Source: Mobula hypostoma (lineage: Eukaryota). Taken from it: DNA of 64,000 nt. The stretch is from assembly GCF_963921235.1 (NCBI RefSeq), contig NC_086108.1:89654001-89718000 (forward strand), read 5' to 3'. Within the stretch, counting starts at the first letter, position 1. Every line of letters begins with the position of its first letter. The position numbers were made by a program, and so were the translations under genes. Shown here in pieces: positions 25,780 to 39,935 of the stretch. The notes under the pieces were generated by a model that saw only the letters and a program-made list of their open reading frames with translations, was not told where the DNA came from and did not search any database.

Positions 25780-26900
25780 CAGATGAGGAGACCAAACTGC
25801 ATTCAATCTCATGGCAATAACAAAGCTCTGCAGAACTGTAGCAAGACCCTATTTCCTTTCAGCAAAGGCAATGTTCCTTTACCATTTACCTACCATGCAT
25901 GCATATGCACACTTTATGACTCACACAAGTTTAGCCAAATCTCCCTGAACACCAGGATTTACAACATTTTATTATTTTATAAAGCATTCTGTTTTTATTC
26001 TTCTACTTGCTGTTCACTTTCGCACCCAACTTCACATTAGTAGAAAATTTGAGGAGATTACCGTTGTCCTTCTTATGTAAATCATTAATATGAATTGTGA
26101 ACAGCTGAAACCCAAATGCCAATTGCTGTGATCATAACCTGTCTGTATATTATGTTCTGTTTAGTAGCCAAGCAATGTCCCCAGTCTTCTCCCCAATCCC
26201 ATGAAACCTCATCTTGTTTTATTGCCTTTTATTTGGCATTTGAAAAAATATAAGTACACTACTTATTTGATCCTGTTATAGTCCTAACAGCTTTCATTAA
26301 AGATGATCTTACTTTTATAAACCACATTGATTATACCTATTATCTGCTTTGCTGCCATTTCCTTTAGAAATGAATGCAGACCTTTCCCAATGATTTGTGT
26401 CAGACAACCTGAACTTTAGTTCCCTGTTTCTTTCTTCCTCCATTTGACTAGCAGTGCTATATGTTCAGTTTTATAACTTGTTGGAACTCTTCTGTGGTTT
26501 AGTAGCACTCAACCTAATTTTTGTCACTGTGGGCACCTTTTTTACAATGTTAGAATGTAAGCTATCAGGTTCAGTGGATTTGTTGACTTTTTAGTTCAGT
26601 TACTTCCTATAATTTTTCTCTTTACTAATTCCTTTTAATTTTTCACCCTTTTTGTCCTGTTTGTTCCATATTATGCTAGATAGATAATCCTTGTTTATTA
26701 GCTCATCCATTTGATTTTTTTCATCGAGATTTCTCATTTGCCAGCTTCAAAAGAACCATTCTTATCCTAATAAGCATCTTCCCTTACAAATATTGGTAGA
26801 ATCTCTCCCAATCTGATTTTATACTTATTATTAATATAGTTTCATGTCACTTTTCTCCCCTATTTATCAACCTTTTGTCACCTCTTGAGTTTTTAAGAAT
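25780..26900 (-). mobile_element. Highly decayed CR1-like remnants
   Basis: Short patches resembling antisense CR1 RT, e.g. agatgaggagaccaaactgcattcaat. Confidence 0.4.
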
Positions 26901-27019
26901 CCTCCAAATCCACAGGATTACTCCTTTTACAATATTATAAGCCTCTTTGAATCTAATACTGCTCTGAATTTTTGTCTTAATGATATGCAACCACACCGAG
27001 AATTCACAAATACTTATTT

Positions 27020-28088
27020 CAGTGGCTGTGTGGGAGAAGACAGAGAGTGGTAGTGAATGATTGCTTATTAGACTGGAGGCCTGTGACTAGTGGTGTGCTT
27101 CAGGGATCTGTGCTGGGACCATTGTTGTTTGTTGTCTATATCAATGATCTAGATAATAATGTGGTAATTTGGATCAGCAAGTTTGCTGATGACACTAACA
27201 TTGTAGGTGTTGTGTTCAGCGAGGAAGGCTTTCAAAACTCGCAGAGGGATCTGTACCAACTGGAAAAATGGGCCAGAAAATAGCAGATGGAATTTAATGC
27301 AGATAAGTGTGAGGTGTTGCATTTTGGAAGGACAAATCAAGGTAGGACATACACAATAAATGGTAGGGCACTGAGGAGTGCTGAGGAACAAAGAGATCTG
27401 GGAGTTCAAATACATAATTCCCTGAAAGTGGAATCACAAGTGGACAGGGTTGTAAAGAAGGCTTTTGGTATCCTGGTATTCATAAATCAAAGTATTGAGT
27501 ATAGGAGTTGGGAGGTTATGGGGAGGTTGTATAAGATATTGGTGAGGCCAAATTTGGAGTATTGTGTGCAGTTCTGGTCACCTAACTATAGGAAGGATAT
27601 CAGTAAGATTGAAAGAGTGCAGAGAAGATTTACTAGGATGTTGTCAGGTCTTTAGGAGTTGAGTTATGGGGAAGATTGAACAGGTGAGGACTTTATTCCT
27701 TGGAGTGTAGAAAAATGAGGGGAGATTTCATAGAGGTTTACAAAGCTATGAGGGGTATAGACAGATTAAATATGAATAGGCTCTTTCCACTTAGATTAGA
27801 AGAGATAAATACAAGAGGACATGGCTTTAGGGTGAAAGGGGAAAGGTTTAGGGGGAACTTCTTCACTCAGAGAGTGGTGGGAGTGTGGAACGAGCTGCCA
27901 TCTGACGTGGTAAATGCAGGCTCACTCTTAAGTTTTAAGAATAAATTGGATAGGTACATGGATGGGAGAAGTCTGGAGGGTTATGGACTGGATGCAGGTC
28001 AATGGGATTAGCAGGATAATGTTTCTGCATAGACAAGAAGGGCCGAATGGCCTTCTTTCTGTGCTGTAGTGTTCTATGGTTCTATGGT
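27020..28088 (+). mobile_element. 5'-truncated CR1 LINE (different subfamily)
   Basis: [35 protein letters not shown]. (TTCTATGG)n tail. Confidence 0.92.
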
Positions 28089-28244
28089 AATCTTCATTGT
28101 TCATCTATCATACCGTACATGTTAATCCACCTTTCTTTTCAATTTTAGCCAGCTTACCCTTCACATTGATGTACTAGGCATTATTTAAGTTTAAGATTCT
28201 AGTTCCATAATTAAGACTGTATCAAACTCAATATGAAATTCTAT

Positions 28245-28513
28245 CATAGGATAGAAGTAGGTACAGAGGAGATGTCAGGGGTAAGTTTTTTACCCAGATA
28301 GTGGTGAGTGCGTGGGATGGGCTGCCAGCAATGGTGGTGGAAACAGATACGATAGGGTCTTTTAAGAGACTCCTGGATAGGTACATGGAGCTTAGAAAAA
28401 TAGTGGGCTATGGGTAACCCTAGATAATTTCTATAGTAAGGACATGTTCAGAACAGCTTTGTGGGCCGAAGGGCCTGTATTGTACTGTAGGCTTTCTACG
28501 TTTCTATGTTTCT
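28245..28513 (+). mobile_element. CR1 3'-end fragment
   Basis: Very similar to 39634-39935. (TTTCTATG)-like tail. Confidence 0.8.
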
Positions 28514-28614
28514 ATTATTATCAATATTTCCCTTGAGATTCTTAATTATTCCTGTTTCATCATACAAAACCAGATTTAACTTGAGCTATTCCCTTCTTAG
28601 CTCCAACATGTGTT

Positions 28615-28990
28615 CTTAAGAAAACTGCAGGGAGTTGTAAACTTAGTCAGCTCCATGATGGACACTAGCCTCCATAGTATTCAGTACATCATCAAGGAGT
28701 GTTGCCTCAAAAAGGTGGTGTCCATCATTATGGTTCCCCATCACTCGGGTCATGCCTCGTTCTCATTGTTACCATCAGGACGGAGGTACAGAAGCTTGAA
28801 GGCACACACTCAATGATTCAGGAACAGCTTTTTCACCTCTGCCATCTGATTTCTGAATGGACATTGAACCCACGAAATATATGCATGCGCGTGCGTGTGT
28901 GTGTGTGTTTCTTTGCTATATTCTTGCCCACTATAATTCCTTTTACAATTTATTTTTTGCATAAAAATGTACATAAACAACCTCCACAAT
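28615..28990 (+). mobile_element. Rex1/Babar 3' fragment
   Basis: HHSGHASFSLLPSGRRYRSLKAHT. Confidence 0.8.
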
Positions 28991-29284
28991 TATTGCATTA
29001 CTTTCTTGTTTTTGTTTTAAGTAGTCCAGTGGTGTAGTTATTGTTCCGATTCCCTTGTGCATTATTGACCCTTGTTTATCTCTGCCAAATGTGATTTTTC
29101 TTTCTGGCCCACTAAGGCCAGTTTATTCGTGTTTACATTCCTTAGGTAATCTTATTACTCACCTTCACCCCCTAAGTGTCTTTTCAAGATGCCTTATGCC
29201 CTGTTTTATTTTATTTGGTCCCATTGCAACTGTGAAGGCTATTAACTCAAAGCCATTTCTTTCAAGTTCTGCCACAACTCAATT

Positions 29285-30030
29285 TTTTTTCATGGCAAAT
29301 TTGATCAAAATTTTTGAGAAGCTAACACTTGCCATTGATGATGGTAATGTGATATAGTGTGCTATGCTTAAACTTCCAGAAAGTATTTGATAAGGTGACG
29401 TGAAACAGGGTTATTGGCAAAATTGAAGAACATGACTAGAAGAGATGCTGACAGTATGGATGCAAATGTTGCTGAGCAACAGAAAACAGAGGATTGAGGT
29501 GAAAATTTTTATTTTGAACTGAAGAAATATTTTGGCAGTCCCCAAGGATTAGTGTTAGAGACATTGCTTTTTGATCTCGAATAATGAACTGGATTTGGGG
29601 TTGCAAACCACAGACGAAACAAAACTTAGTTACTAAAGACATAAAAGGGTTGGTAGAATGGGCAGGCACTTGGCAGGTGAAGACTAATGCAGAGAAATGA
29701 GAGATGATGCAAACTGGTAGGAGAAAAGACGAAACATAACATAGAATAAAGGATAAAGGAGCAATCTTTTAGAACGGAGATGAGGAGAAATTTCTTTAAC
29801 CAGAGAGAGGTGAACCTGTGGAATTCTTTACCACAGGCTGCTGTGAGGGCCAAATCTTTATGTATATATAAGGTAGAAATTGATAGATTCTTGATTGGTC
29901 AGGGCATGAAGGGATACAGGGAGAAGGCAGGAGATTGGGAGTGAGAGGAAAATTGGATCAGCCATGATGAAATGGCGGAGCAGACTTGATGGGCGAAATA
30001 GTCTAATTCTGCTCCCTTATCTTATGGTTT
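29285..30030 (+). mobile_element. Decayed CR1 RT fragment plus CR1 3' end
   Basis: Degenerate LNFQKVFDKV region, then [20 protein letters not shown] and a tcttatgg tail. Confidence 0.7.
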
Positions 30031-30031
30031 T

Positions 30032-30184
30032 GTATTCAATAAAAGTTAATTTCTTGTCTCTTCAAATTCCTACTTGATACAAGTTGTCTGAAATTATATT
30101 TGTATGCAGCTTCAAGTGGTGTTATCGTAACCAGGAAAAAATCTGAGTACGCAAAACTTTCGAAAAAGTTTGCAGTCCATTGTA
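30032..30184 (+). mobile_element. Second Chapaev3-type 3' terminal fragment
   Basis: Aligns by eye to 22177-22326 (tattcaataaaagttaattt...ctgaaattatatt...). Confidence 0.65.
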
Positions 30185-31849
30185 TTTCGTGTCTTTTTAA
30201 TTAATTATAAAAGTAATCTACCACATTGATGGGCGAGAGTGAGGAAGAGGTCCGGTCCTAGAAAATGGCCTGTGTTGTGATTTTTCATAATGCAAAGATG
30301 TGTCATCTGCATTTGCATCCAGAGACGCAAGTTGATAAAAAAAATACATATTGTCTATTTATTTACTCTTTATTTTATTCCACATCTCAAAGTTATGTGT
30401 GGTGATTTGTGAATTCTGTAAGAGTAAATTTCCATTATCCAAACTGCTGCAATGGGAGTAATTCTCCAGCATTACCTCTGAAAAGTTAATTATACAATCT
30501 ATTTAAAAAGAACATACCATCCATTTGTTTTGTAGGTTTAATCAGTTTCAATTTCTGCAATGCAGATAAGTGGATTTAGTAGATAATTCAGGCAATGCCC
30601 GTCTCCCCCTACCTATTGCTTAGATGCATGTTTTTCTATGATTCATAAAAAAACTGCATACTTCTTGTGGTTCACAGTCCCAGTTATAATTTTTCTCCAT
30701 ACGCAGTAAATTCATTAATTTTGCTTTGAATATTCATAAAGAAAATTATGTAGAGTTTTGGGATTTCTTTCACTTCTGGGTACAGCTATCCATATAAAAT
30801 TACTAATACTGATCTCCTTCCTTCATTTTCTGTAATTTTGATTATTATTGAGTTGTAGCCTTTATTTTTAAGCTTGTAGCCTTCTGTGAGACATCTTGTC
30901 AAGTCATATTTGATAGTCAAACTAGTGAAGATAGATATCAGGACAGTAAGCCATGCCAAATTCTTAAAGGATTTCAGCAAATCTGTTTACACCGTATTAA
31001 TGAACTCATTTTATACCTTCATTTGTGTTCTTTAATTATTTTTCATCATAAGTTTCATTACTCCTCAATTTACCAACTCCCTAATAATCTAACATCATAT
31101 TCCCAACAACAGGAAAAGCATTATCTGGAAATTTGTCATCTTGGTTTGCTCCTCCTCTTGAAGTTCAAACAATTCAGACAAGGCTCCATCTGTTCTGTCC
31201 TCACTTTCTTTAGGATTTGAGGATCTGTTCCATCTGGACATGTTACCTTGTTAAATTTGAATGCTCTCCAAGTTGTGAGTGATGATTCCATCTCTGTTGA
31301 TTTTCCCAGTAACTGAAGCTGCATTTCCTAACCCACGGTGAATAAAAATATGATTTATATCACGAATATTACTTCCACTGCAATTGCTATTATTCAAGGA
31401 CCTTACTGTTTATTTAGATGCTGTGCCTGCCAAATACTAGAATTAAAAAATCATTCATACCATTTCTATTGTCAACTTTTATTAAAATCATTTTTAATAT
31501 ATTTTCCAATCGCCTTTTGTTTTCTTAACTTCTAATACATTTTTAATTTATTAACAATATATTGCAAAACTGTGTAAAGGAAGATAAAATCTTTGCAAAC
31601 TCTCTTTTGCATATTCACAGATATGGACTATGCACTCAGTGATCACTTTATAAAGTACCTCCTGTACCTAATGAAGTGGCCAATGAATGTATGCTTGTCA
31701 TCTGCTGCTGTAGCCCATCCACTTTGTGGTTCGATGTGTTGTGCAATCAGAGATGCTTTGCTGCACACCACTGTTGTAACGCATGCTTATTTGAATTACT
31801 GTTGCCTTCCTGTCAGCTTGGAAATGAGGATTAGCATCCGCCAACAATC

Positions 31850-32907
31850 CCCTACCTGCCCCCGCCTTGGAAATTAATGGTCAGGTTGTGTCTGTGGTTG
31901 AGTCATTCATATTCCTGGAGGCTACCATTACATTGAAGTGGGCCAAACACATTACACTCATCTCTAGGAAAGCCCTGCAGATATTGTTCTGTCTACACCA
32001 GCTTAGGAAACATCTCAGGGTATATCCTGATGAATTTTCATTCAGTCATCTTTCAGAGTATTGTGACCACCTTTATCACCGATTGTTTTCCTGCCACCTC
32101 CTCCCTCTTCAAGTCCAGGTTGCTGTGAGCGGTCGACACAATGGAGAAGATCATTGGCTGTCAGCTACCGACATTAAAAGACCTGTTCATTGTGTTGGGC
32201 AAGTGGCCAAGTGGTTAAGGCGTTTGTCTAGTGATTTGAAGGTCACTAGTTCAAACCTCAGCTGTGGCAATGTGTTTGTGTCCTTGAGCAAGGCACTTAA
32301 TCACACATTGCTCCAGCCTGTGCGAGGAGTGGCACCCCACACAGACTTCCAATCTGCGCCTTGTAAGGCATGAAAATGCCCGACACAGGCCTCTCATGGT
32401 CTGAGTCGATGTTCCCCATTCATTGCCAGAGCAATAAGAGCGCTGAAAAAAATTATTGCAGACTCCACCCACCCTAGCAGTCATCTATTTACCAAATTGC
32501 CTTCAGGGAGATGTTACAAGTCCATCACCACCAGGACTACCCTTCATCTCTGAATATTCTTTCCTGTAGATACCCAGCTTCTCAACAAAACTGACGCAGG
32601 TGTAATACCTTAAATGTTCCTTCACAACATCCATTAAATGGTCTTTCCATCTCTCCCTGTTCTGTTGATAATTATTGAGTCTGTACATATGTTCACATTT
32701 ATTTAAGTTTGATTATTTATTAACATTTCTGCATGTGACTGTTCTGAAAATTGTTGATTCCTCAGGGCTGTTTGCACTATTGAATTGTAAGTTGTTGGTT
32801 GCTATGGTGTTGTCTGTTATGGGATTTTCCTGTGTTTTGTGTTTGGTATCGAACTAAAATCATTTCGGGTATGTTTCATATGCTGGCAATAAAGCAATTC
32901 TGATTCC
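31850..32907 (+). mobile_element. Decayed Rex1/Babar-like LINE 3' part
   Basis: INGQVVSVVESFIFL..., gactccacccaccctagcagtcat, and aataaagc with an (ATTCTG)n tail. Confidence 0.7.
32193..32418 (+). mobile_element. tRNA-derived SINE
   Basis: A box TGGCCAAGTGG, B box AGTTCAAACC, body gtgtccttgagcaaggcactt. TSD TTCATTG at 32186-32192 and 32419-32425. Confidence 0.8.
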
Positions 32908-33134
32908 GAGCAAGTCAGGCCATTCTTCTCTGGCATCTCTCATTAGCAAGGCCTTTTTGCCTATAGAAGTGCTGCTCACTGAATTTTTTTTATGCTTTTC
33001 GCACCATTTTCTTTAAACTCTAGAGACTGCTGTGTGTGAAAATCTCTGAGATATTCAAACCACCCTGTTTGTCACCAACAATCATTCCACAGTCAAAGTC
33101 ACTGAGATCATAACATAACTAAATCACAAAGTCA

Positions 33135-35410
33135 CTAATTAATTACCATCAACAAATCAGTTGTAGTACCAAAGGATACAACATCCTGGATGACTGTTAC
33201 ACCACCATCAGGAATGCCTACCGTGCCATTCCTTGCTGCACTTCAAAAAGTCTGATCACCTGGCTGTGCTTTTACTCCCTGAGTATAGGCAGAGGCTTAA
33301 GACTGCAGCACTAGTAGTGAGGACCAAGAAAATATGGACAAGGGAAGCACAGGAATGTTTACAGGATGTTTTGAATCAATGGACTGCACTATTCAAGGAT
33401 TCATCTTTGAATCTGGAAAAGTGTGCTGCAGTTGTTACTAACCATTAAAATCTGGGTGGATGAGTGTATGCTTACAAAAACTTGCTGTACATTCCCAAAA
33501 CCAAAAGCCATGGATGAGGCAGGAGGTTCATCACCTGCTGAGGGCTGGATCTATGGCATTTTAGTTTGGTGACCCAGATCTCTACAAAAAAACCAGGCAT
33601 GACTTGCGGAGGGCTATTTCAAAAGTGAAGAAACAATTCCAGGTGAGGTTGGAGGCAACATTGGATGCACGACAACTCTGTCAGGGTTTGCAGGACATTA
33701 CTTCTTACAAAGCAAAACCCAACAGAGTGAATGGTAGCGATGTTTCACTACCAGACGAGCTTATTGCCTTCTGTGCCCACTTTGAAAGGAAGGATATAAC
33801 TACAGCTGTGAAGATCCCTGTTGCACCCAGTGACCCTGTGGTCTCTGTCTCTAAGACCGAAATCAGGCTTTCTTTCAGAGGGTGAACCCTTGCAAGGTGG
33901 CAGGCCCCGCTAGACTATCTGGTAAGACTATGGAAACTTTAGCCAACCAACTGTTGGGAGTATTCAAAGACACTTTCAGCCTCTTTCAGCTAAGGTCGGA
34001 AGTTCCCACCTGTTCCAAAAGGGCAACAATTATACCAGTGCCTAAGAAGAATAGTGTGAGCTGCCTTAATGACTATCGCCCAGTCGCACGCACCTCTATG
34101 GTGATGAGAGGTTGGTCGTGGCTAGCATGAACTCCTGCCTCAACAAGAACCTGGACCCTCTGCAATTTGCCTTTTGCCACAATAAATCAAAGGCAGATGC
34201 AACCTCAGTGGTTCTTCACACGGCCTTAGACCATCTGGACAATACAAACACTTATGTCAGGATGCCTTTCATTGAATATAGCTTAGCATTTAACACCATC
34301 ATTCCCACAGTTCTGATTGATAAGCTACAGAACCTGGGCCTCTGTACCTCCCTATGCAATTGGATTCTCAGCTTTCTGACCGGAAGCCCACGATCTGTGC
34401 AGATTGGTGCTAATATCTCCGCATCGCTGACGATCAACACTTACTCACCTCAGGGGTGTGTGCTTAGCCCACTGTTCTTCTCCCTCAATACCCATGATTG
34501 TGTGCTTATGCACAGCTCAAAATCCATCACTAAATTTGCTCATGATACAGCCATTGTTGGTAGCATCTTAGCTGGAGATGAGAGAGCGTACAGGAGCGAG
34601 GTTTACCAGCTAGTTGAGTGGTGTTTCAGCAATAGCCTTGCACTCAGTAAGGCAAAAGAGGTGATGTGGATTCCAGGAAGGGTAAGAAGAGGGGACATGA
34701 ACTGATCCTCATAGAGGCATCAGAAGTGGAGAGAGTGAGCAACTTCAAGTTTCTGGGTGTCAAGATCTCTGAGGATCTAACATATCGGTGCAGCAATAAA
34801 GAAGGCAAACTGGTGGCTATGTTCCATTAGGAGTTTGAAGAGATTTGTCACCTAAAGCACTTGAAAACTTCGACGGGTGTACCATGGGGAGTATACTGAC
34901 AGGTTGCATCACAGTCTGGTATGATGCTGGCACATGACTGAAAGAAGGTACAGAAAGTTGTAAAATTAGTCAGCTCCATCTTGGGTAGTAGCCTCTGTTG
35001 TATCCAACACATCTTCAAGGAGCGGTGCTTCAGAAAGGCAACGTCCATTATTAAGGACCCCCATCACCCAGGACATGCCCTCTTCTCACTGTTACCATGA
35101 GGAAAGAGGTACAGAAAACTGAAGGCACATACTCAGCGATTCAGGAACAGCTTCTTCCCCTCTTCCATATGATTTCTAAATGGACATTGAACCCATGAAC
35201 CACTACCTCTCTCTTTAAAATATACTTCATTTCTGTTTTTGCATGATTTTAATGTAGTTAATGTACATATATATACTTACTGTAATTGATTTACTTCTTT
35301 TCTGTCTATATTAACATGTATTGCATCGTATTGCTGTACAATGCTGCTATTTTAACAAACTTCACGACGCATGCCAGCAATAATAAACCAGATTCTGATT
35401 CGGATTCTGA
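33135..35410 (+). mobile_element. Rex1/Babar LINE (end of EN, RT, 3' UTR), frameshifted
   Basis: [53 protein letters not shown]. Tail aataaacc(A/GGATTCTG)n. Confidence 0.92.
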
Positions 35411-35535
35411 CCACATTTTTCCCCATTCTGATGCTTAGCCTGAACAACAACTGGACCTCTTGATCATGTCTGCATGCTTTTATGCATTGAGTTGCTACCA
35501 CATGACTGGCTGAGTAGACGTTTGCATTAACAAGC

Positions 35536-36020
35536 AGGGAGGTCATTCTGCTTGGCAGGCAAGACTTGTAGCTGGAAATAATCTCAGGTTCTGGGGTGGT
35601 TGCAGGAGTTGATGCTGGCACTACAAGAGGTGCTTCTGGCAGCTCTGGACACCTTTCTTCTGGATGTGTTCCCGAAAACTGCTTGGCAAGCTGCTCAGTC
35701 AGCTGATCTGTCTCAGTCCAACATACAAAACTTCGAGCCAACACTTCCATTTCGACCATGCCTAGATGGCTGGCATGTCGCTCCTCCAACTCTTTAACTC
35801 TCAGCTCGGATAGTACAATAATTGACAATCATCACATAAGCAACCCCTATCAGGGGCTGGTAAAATTGGGGGAACTGGAATTTCTGCTGCATATTCCGGC
35901 CATTTTGGGTTGCCATGTAGACGTGTGACAGTATGGGGAATTTACAGGTTTCCCTTTGGATCATTTCTAATGTAATAGGGAGGTTTTGATTTACATTAGG
36001 GAGAATACAAAGTTAAAAGT
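35536..36020 (-). mobile_element. Gypsy (Mag-like) pol fragment
   Basis: Integrase zinc-binding region (HASHLGMVEMEVLARSFVCW). Shares gggaggtca(t/c)tctg(c/t)ttggca with 12257-12278. Confidence 0.65.
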
Positions 36021-36029
36021 AAATTCATT

Positions 36030-36958
36030 AGCAAAATACATAGTATATGTTGCCATATATAATGCTGAGATTCATTTTCTTGCTGTCATACTGAGTAAAT
36101 CCAAAAACTAAAACAGAATCAATGAAAGTCTGCACCAACGTGGGTGTCCAACCAGTGTGCGAAAGACAAAAAACTGCGCAAATACAAAAGAGAAGTAAAA
36201 TGAAAACAAGCAAATATGCAATAATTATTGAGAATATGAGATGAGGCATTGAAAGTGAGCTCATAGCAGTTCAGTGATGGGGCAAAGGAAGTTGAGTGAA
36301 GTTACCCTACTGGTTCGTCAGCCTGATTGTTGAGGGATAATAACTGTTCCTGAACATGACCTGGGCGGTGGGGGGAACCATGATGATGGATGCTGCTTTC
36401 CTATAACAGTGCTGCATGTAGATGTGTTCAATGGAGGGGAGAGCTTTACCCATGATGGACTGGACCATATCCACTACTTTTTTGTAGGATTTTCCGTACA
36501 AGGAGATTAGTATTTCCACGCCAGGCTGTGATGCAATTTGTCATGTACACTCCACCACACATCTGTAAAGGTTTGTCAGTGTATTAGATGACAGCCAAAT
36601 CTTTGGAAGCTTCTAAGGAAGTAAAGGCTCTGCCATGCTTCCTTCATAATTTACACTTACGTGCTGGGTGGGTACAGGGCAGGTCCTCTAATATGACAAC
36701 ATCAAGGAATTTAAAGTTGCTGACCCTCTCCATCTTTGATCTCCCGCTGAGGACTGGCTTATGGACCTCCAGTTTCCTCCGCGAGAAGTCAATAATCAGC
36801 TCCTTGGTCTTGCTGACATTGCATGAGAAATTGTTGTGTGGCGCCACTCAGCCAGATTTTCAATCTCCCTCATATACGCTGATTTGCTACCGTCTATGGT
36901 TCGACCAACAACAGTGGTGTTGTCAGCAAACGTAAACATGGCATTGGAGCTGTGCCTC
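36030..36958 (-). mobile_element. Rex1/Babar 3' half
   Basis: FADNTTVVGR, NVSKTKELIIDF, FRNSYYPSTIRL. Confidence 0.85.
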
Positions 36959-37644
36959 AAGAGGAGTGTCTCTTCTGTAAATTTTTCAGCTATTTCCTTT
37001 TCCGAGGGTAAACACGATAAACAATCAGCACAAGAAACAGACGCCATCTCTACATTTGTGTTGTTGCTGTTGATAGAACACTCCTCTGAGATTGAAAATG
37101 GATACTAGTGTTTGATGATCAGTAATGAGGGTAAACTCTCTCCCATACAAGTACTGATTGAAACGTTTTACACCGCAAACTAGACTCTAGGCTTCTGTGT
37201 CAATCTGTGCATAATTTTTCTCTGCAGCTTTAAGGAAACATGATCAAAGGCAATGGGGCATTCACTGCCGTCACTCATAACATGTGACATGAATGGTCCC
37301 TATCCTGTAAGGTGAGCTGTCACAGTAAGCTTCACTAGATCATAATGACTGAATCCAGCATCTGATGTCACTACTTCTTTTTCCTTTTTTGAAAGCTACC
37401 TCACACTGATTTGTCCATTGCCATTTCATCTCAACCTGAAGTAATGTGTTCAAGGGGTGGAGCACAGTAGCCAGGCTTGGCAGGAACCTGTTATAGTAAT
37501 TGACAAATCCTTATCATGCTACCTCCTATCCCGTCCATTGCCTCCCTCTGGTATTCTTCCCCCTGCCCTTTTTTTTCTTCAATGGCTTTCTGTCTCTTTC
37601 ACCAATCAATTTCCTAGTTCTTTGTTTCATCGCTCCCCCTCCAA

Positions 37645-38660
37645 ATTCAGAATCTGAATCAGAATCAGGTTTATTATCACAGGCATGAGACATGAAATTT
37701 GTTAACTTAGCAGCAGTAATTCACTGTAATACATAATCTAGCAGAAAAAAATAATAAATATAATAATAAATAAACTAGTAAATCAATTACATATATTGAA
37801 TAGGTTTAAAAAACGTGCAAAGACAGAAATACTGTATTTTTTTTAAAGTGAGGTGGTGTCCAAAGCTTCAAAGTCCAATTAGGAATCAAATGGCAGAGGG
37901 AAAAAAGCTGTTCCTGAATTGCTGAGGATGTGCCTTCAAACTTCTGTACCTCTTACCTGATGATAACAGTGAGAAAAGGGCATGTCCTGGGTGCTGGAGG
38001 TCCTTAATAATGGACGCTGCCTTTCTGTGTCACTGCTCCCTAAAGATATCCTGGGTACTTTGTAGTTAGTACCAAGATGGAGCTGAATAGATTTACAACC
38101 TTCTGCAGCTTCTTTCAGTCCTGTGCAGTAGCCCCTCCAAACCAGACAGTGATGCAGCCTGTCAGAATCCTCTTCGCGGTACAACTATAGAAGCTCTTGA
38201 GTGTATTTGTTGACATGCCAAATCTTTACAAACTCCTAATAAAGTATAGCCGCTGTCTTGCCTTCTTTATAACTACATCAATATGTTGGGACCAGGTTAG
38301 ATCCTCAGAGATCTTGACACCCGGGAGCTTGAAGCTGCTCATTCTCCCCACTTCTGATACCTCTATGAGGATTGGTATGTGTTCCTTCGTCTTACCCTTC
38401 CTGAAGTCCACAATCAGCTCTTTCGTCTTACTGACGTTGAGTGTCAGGTTGTTGCTGCGGTACCACTCCACCAGTTGGCATATCTCACTCCTGTACGCCC
38501 TCTCGTCACCACCTGAGATTCTACCAACAATGGTTGTATCATCAGCAAATTGCTACACAGTTATGTGTATATAGAAAGTAGACAGTGGGCTAAGTACACA
38601 CCCCTGAGGTGCGCCAGTGTTGATTGTCAGCGAGGAGGATATATTTTCACCAATCCACAC
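37645..38660 (-). mobile_element. Rex1/Babar 3' half
   Basis: [37 protein letters not shown]. (GATTCT)n tail at 37645-37667. Confidence 0.88.
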
Positions 38661-38832
38661 AGATTCACCTATCACCTGGCATTTCTCTCTCCCCTCCTCC
38701 CACCTTTCAGATCTACTCCTCAGCATTTTTTCTTCAGTTCTGCTGAAGGGTTTCGGCACAAAACATCGGCTGTACATTTTTCCATAGATGTTGCTGGCCT
38801 TCTGAGATCCTTTAGCATTTTGTGTGTGTTGC
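38660..38832 (+). mobile_element. Penelope pLTR fragment with a degenerate hammerhead motif (38735-38772)
   Basis: cagttCTGCTGAagggtttcggcacAAAAcatcggctg followed by ttccatagatgttgctggcct. Confidence 0.7.
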
Positions 38833-39633
38833 TTAAAAAGGACTGCAACTGCAAAATGTTCTTTGGCCTCAGGTCATCCTCCACTGCTTGAATTTTCTCA
38901 CAAACTTGTGTGTCAATGGTGTGATCACAGTAAGTGATGCTTAGTTTTAAGAATTCACATTTGTTATGTCATGCTCCAAGCCCATTATCGTTTAATCTTT
39001 TTAACACTGTCTTGAAATTTTGGAGATGTTCCTTGTCATCCTTACTGATAACAATGATGTTATCCAGGTAACACTAAGTGCCTGGGGAGCCTTGTAATGC
39101 CTGGTCCAAAGCTTTCTGCCAGAGGGCGAGTGCAGTTGCTACTCCAAAAATAAGCCTATAATAGCGATAAAGCCCTTTATGAGTGTTGATGGTGGGAAAC
39201 TCTTTGGATTCTTCTTCCACCTCCATCTATAAGTAGGCCTCAGCTACATCCACTTTGCTGATAGTTTTCCTCCAAAATGTTTTTCAAAGATGTCCTGTAT
39301 CCTGAGCAGAAGGTACTGGTCTACTTTCATTACTGACTTGATGGTGACTTTAAAGGTATCACCGATTCTGACAGACCCTTCCCTCTTTGGTACGGGACCA
39401 CTGGTATTGCTCATGGGCTCCACACAAACTTGGAAAAAATTCCTTCTGCCTCATGCAATCTAGCTCACTGGCTACTTTATCATGGATGGTACAAAGAACC
39501 AGATGGGCTTTGCAAAATTTGGGTATGGTATTTTCATTTAACACTATTTTACCCTTGATATGTTTGAGTTTTCCAGTGCCATCTTTGAACACTGCTGTGG
39601 CAAAATCCGATACCTTTCTTAATTCGCTTTCAG

Positions 39634-39935
39634 TTGATCGCTAACACAAGAGGGCACAGTTTTAAGGGGCTTGGAAGTAGGTACAGAGGAGTTGTCAGGT
39701 GTAAGTTTTTTACTCAGAGAGTGGTGAGTGCGTGGAATGGGCTGCTGACAATGGTGGTGGAGGTTGATATGATAGGGTCTTTTAAGAGACTCCTATGGAG
39801 TACGTGGAGCTTAGAAAAACAGAGGGCTATGGGTAACCCTAGGTAATTTCTAAAATAAGGACATGTTCAACATAGCTTTGTGGGCCGAAGGTCCCGTATT
39901 GTGCTGTAGGTTTGCTTATGTTTCTATGTTTCTAT
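39634..39935 (+). mobile_element. CR1 3'-end fragment inserted in Gypsy pol
   Basis: TRGHSFK...FFTQRVVSAWNGL. (TTTCTATG) tail. Confidence 0.85.

Larger units (their letters stand above)
31631..35537. mobile_element. Non-autonomous Tc1-type element split into three pieces (about 31631-31820, 32910-33110, 35411-35537) by nested LINEs
   Basis: The pieces are collinear with the unsplit copy at 11075-11594. Starts with the TIR-like cactcagtgatcactttataaagtac. Confidence 0.75.
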
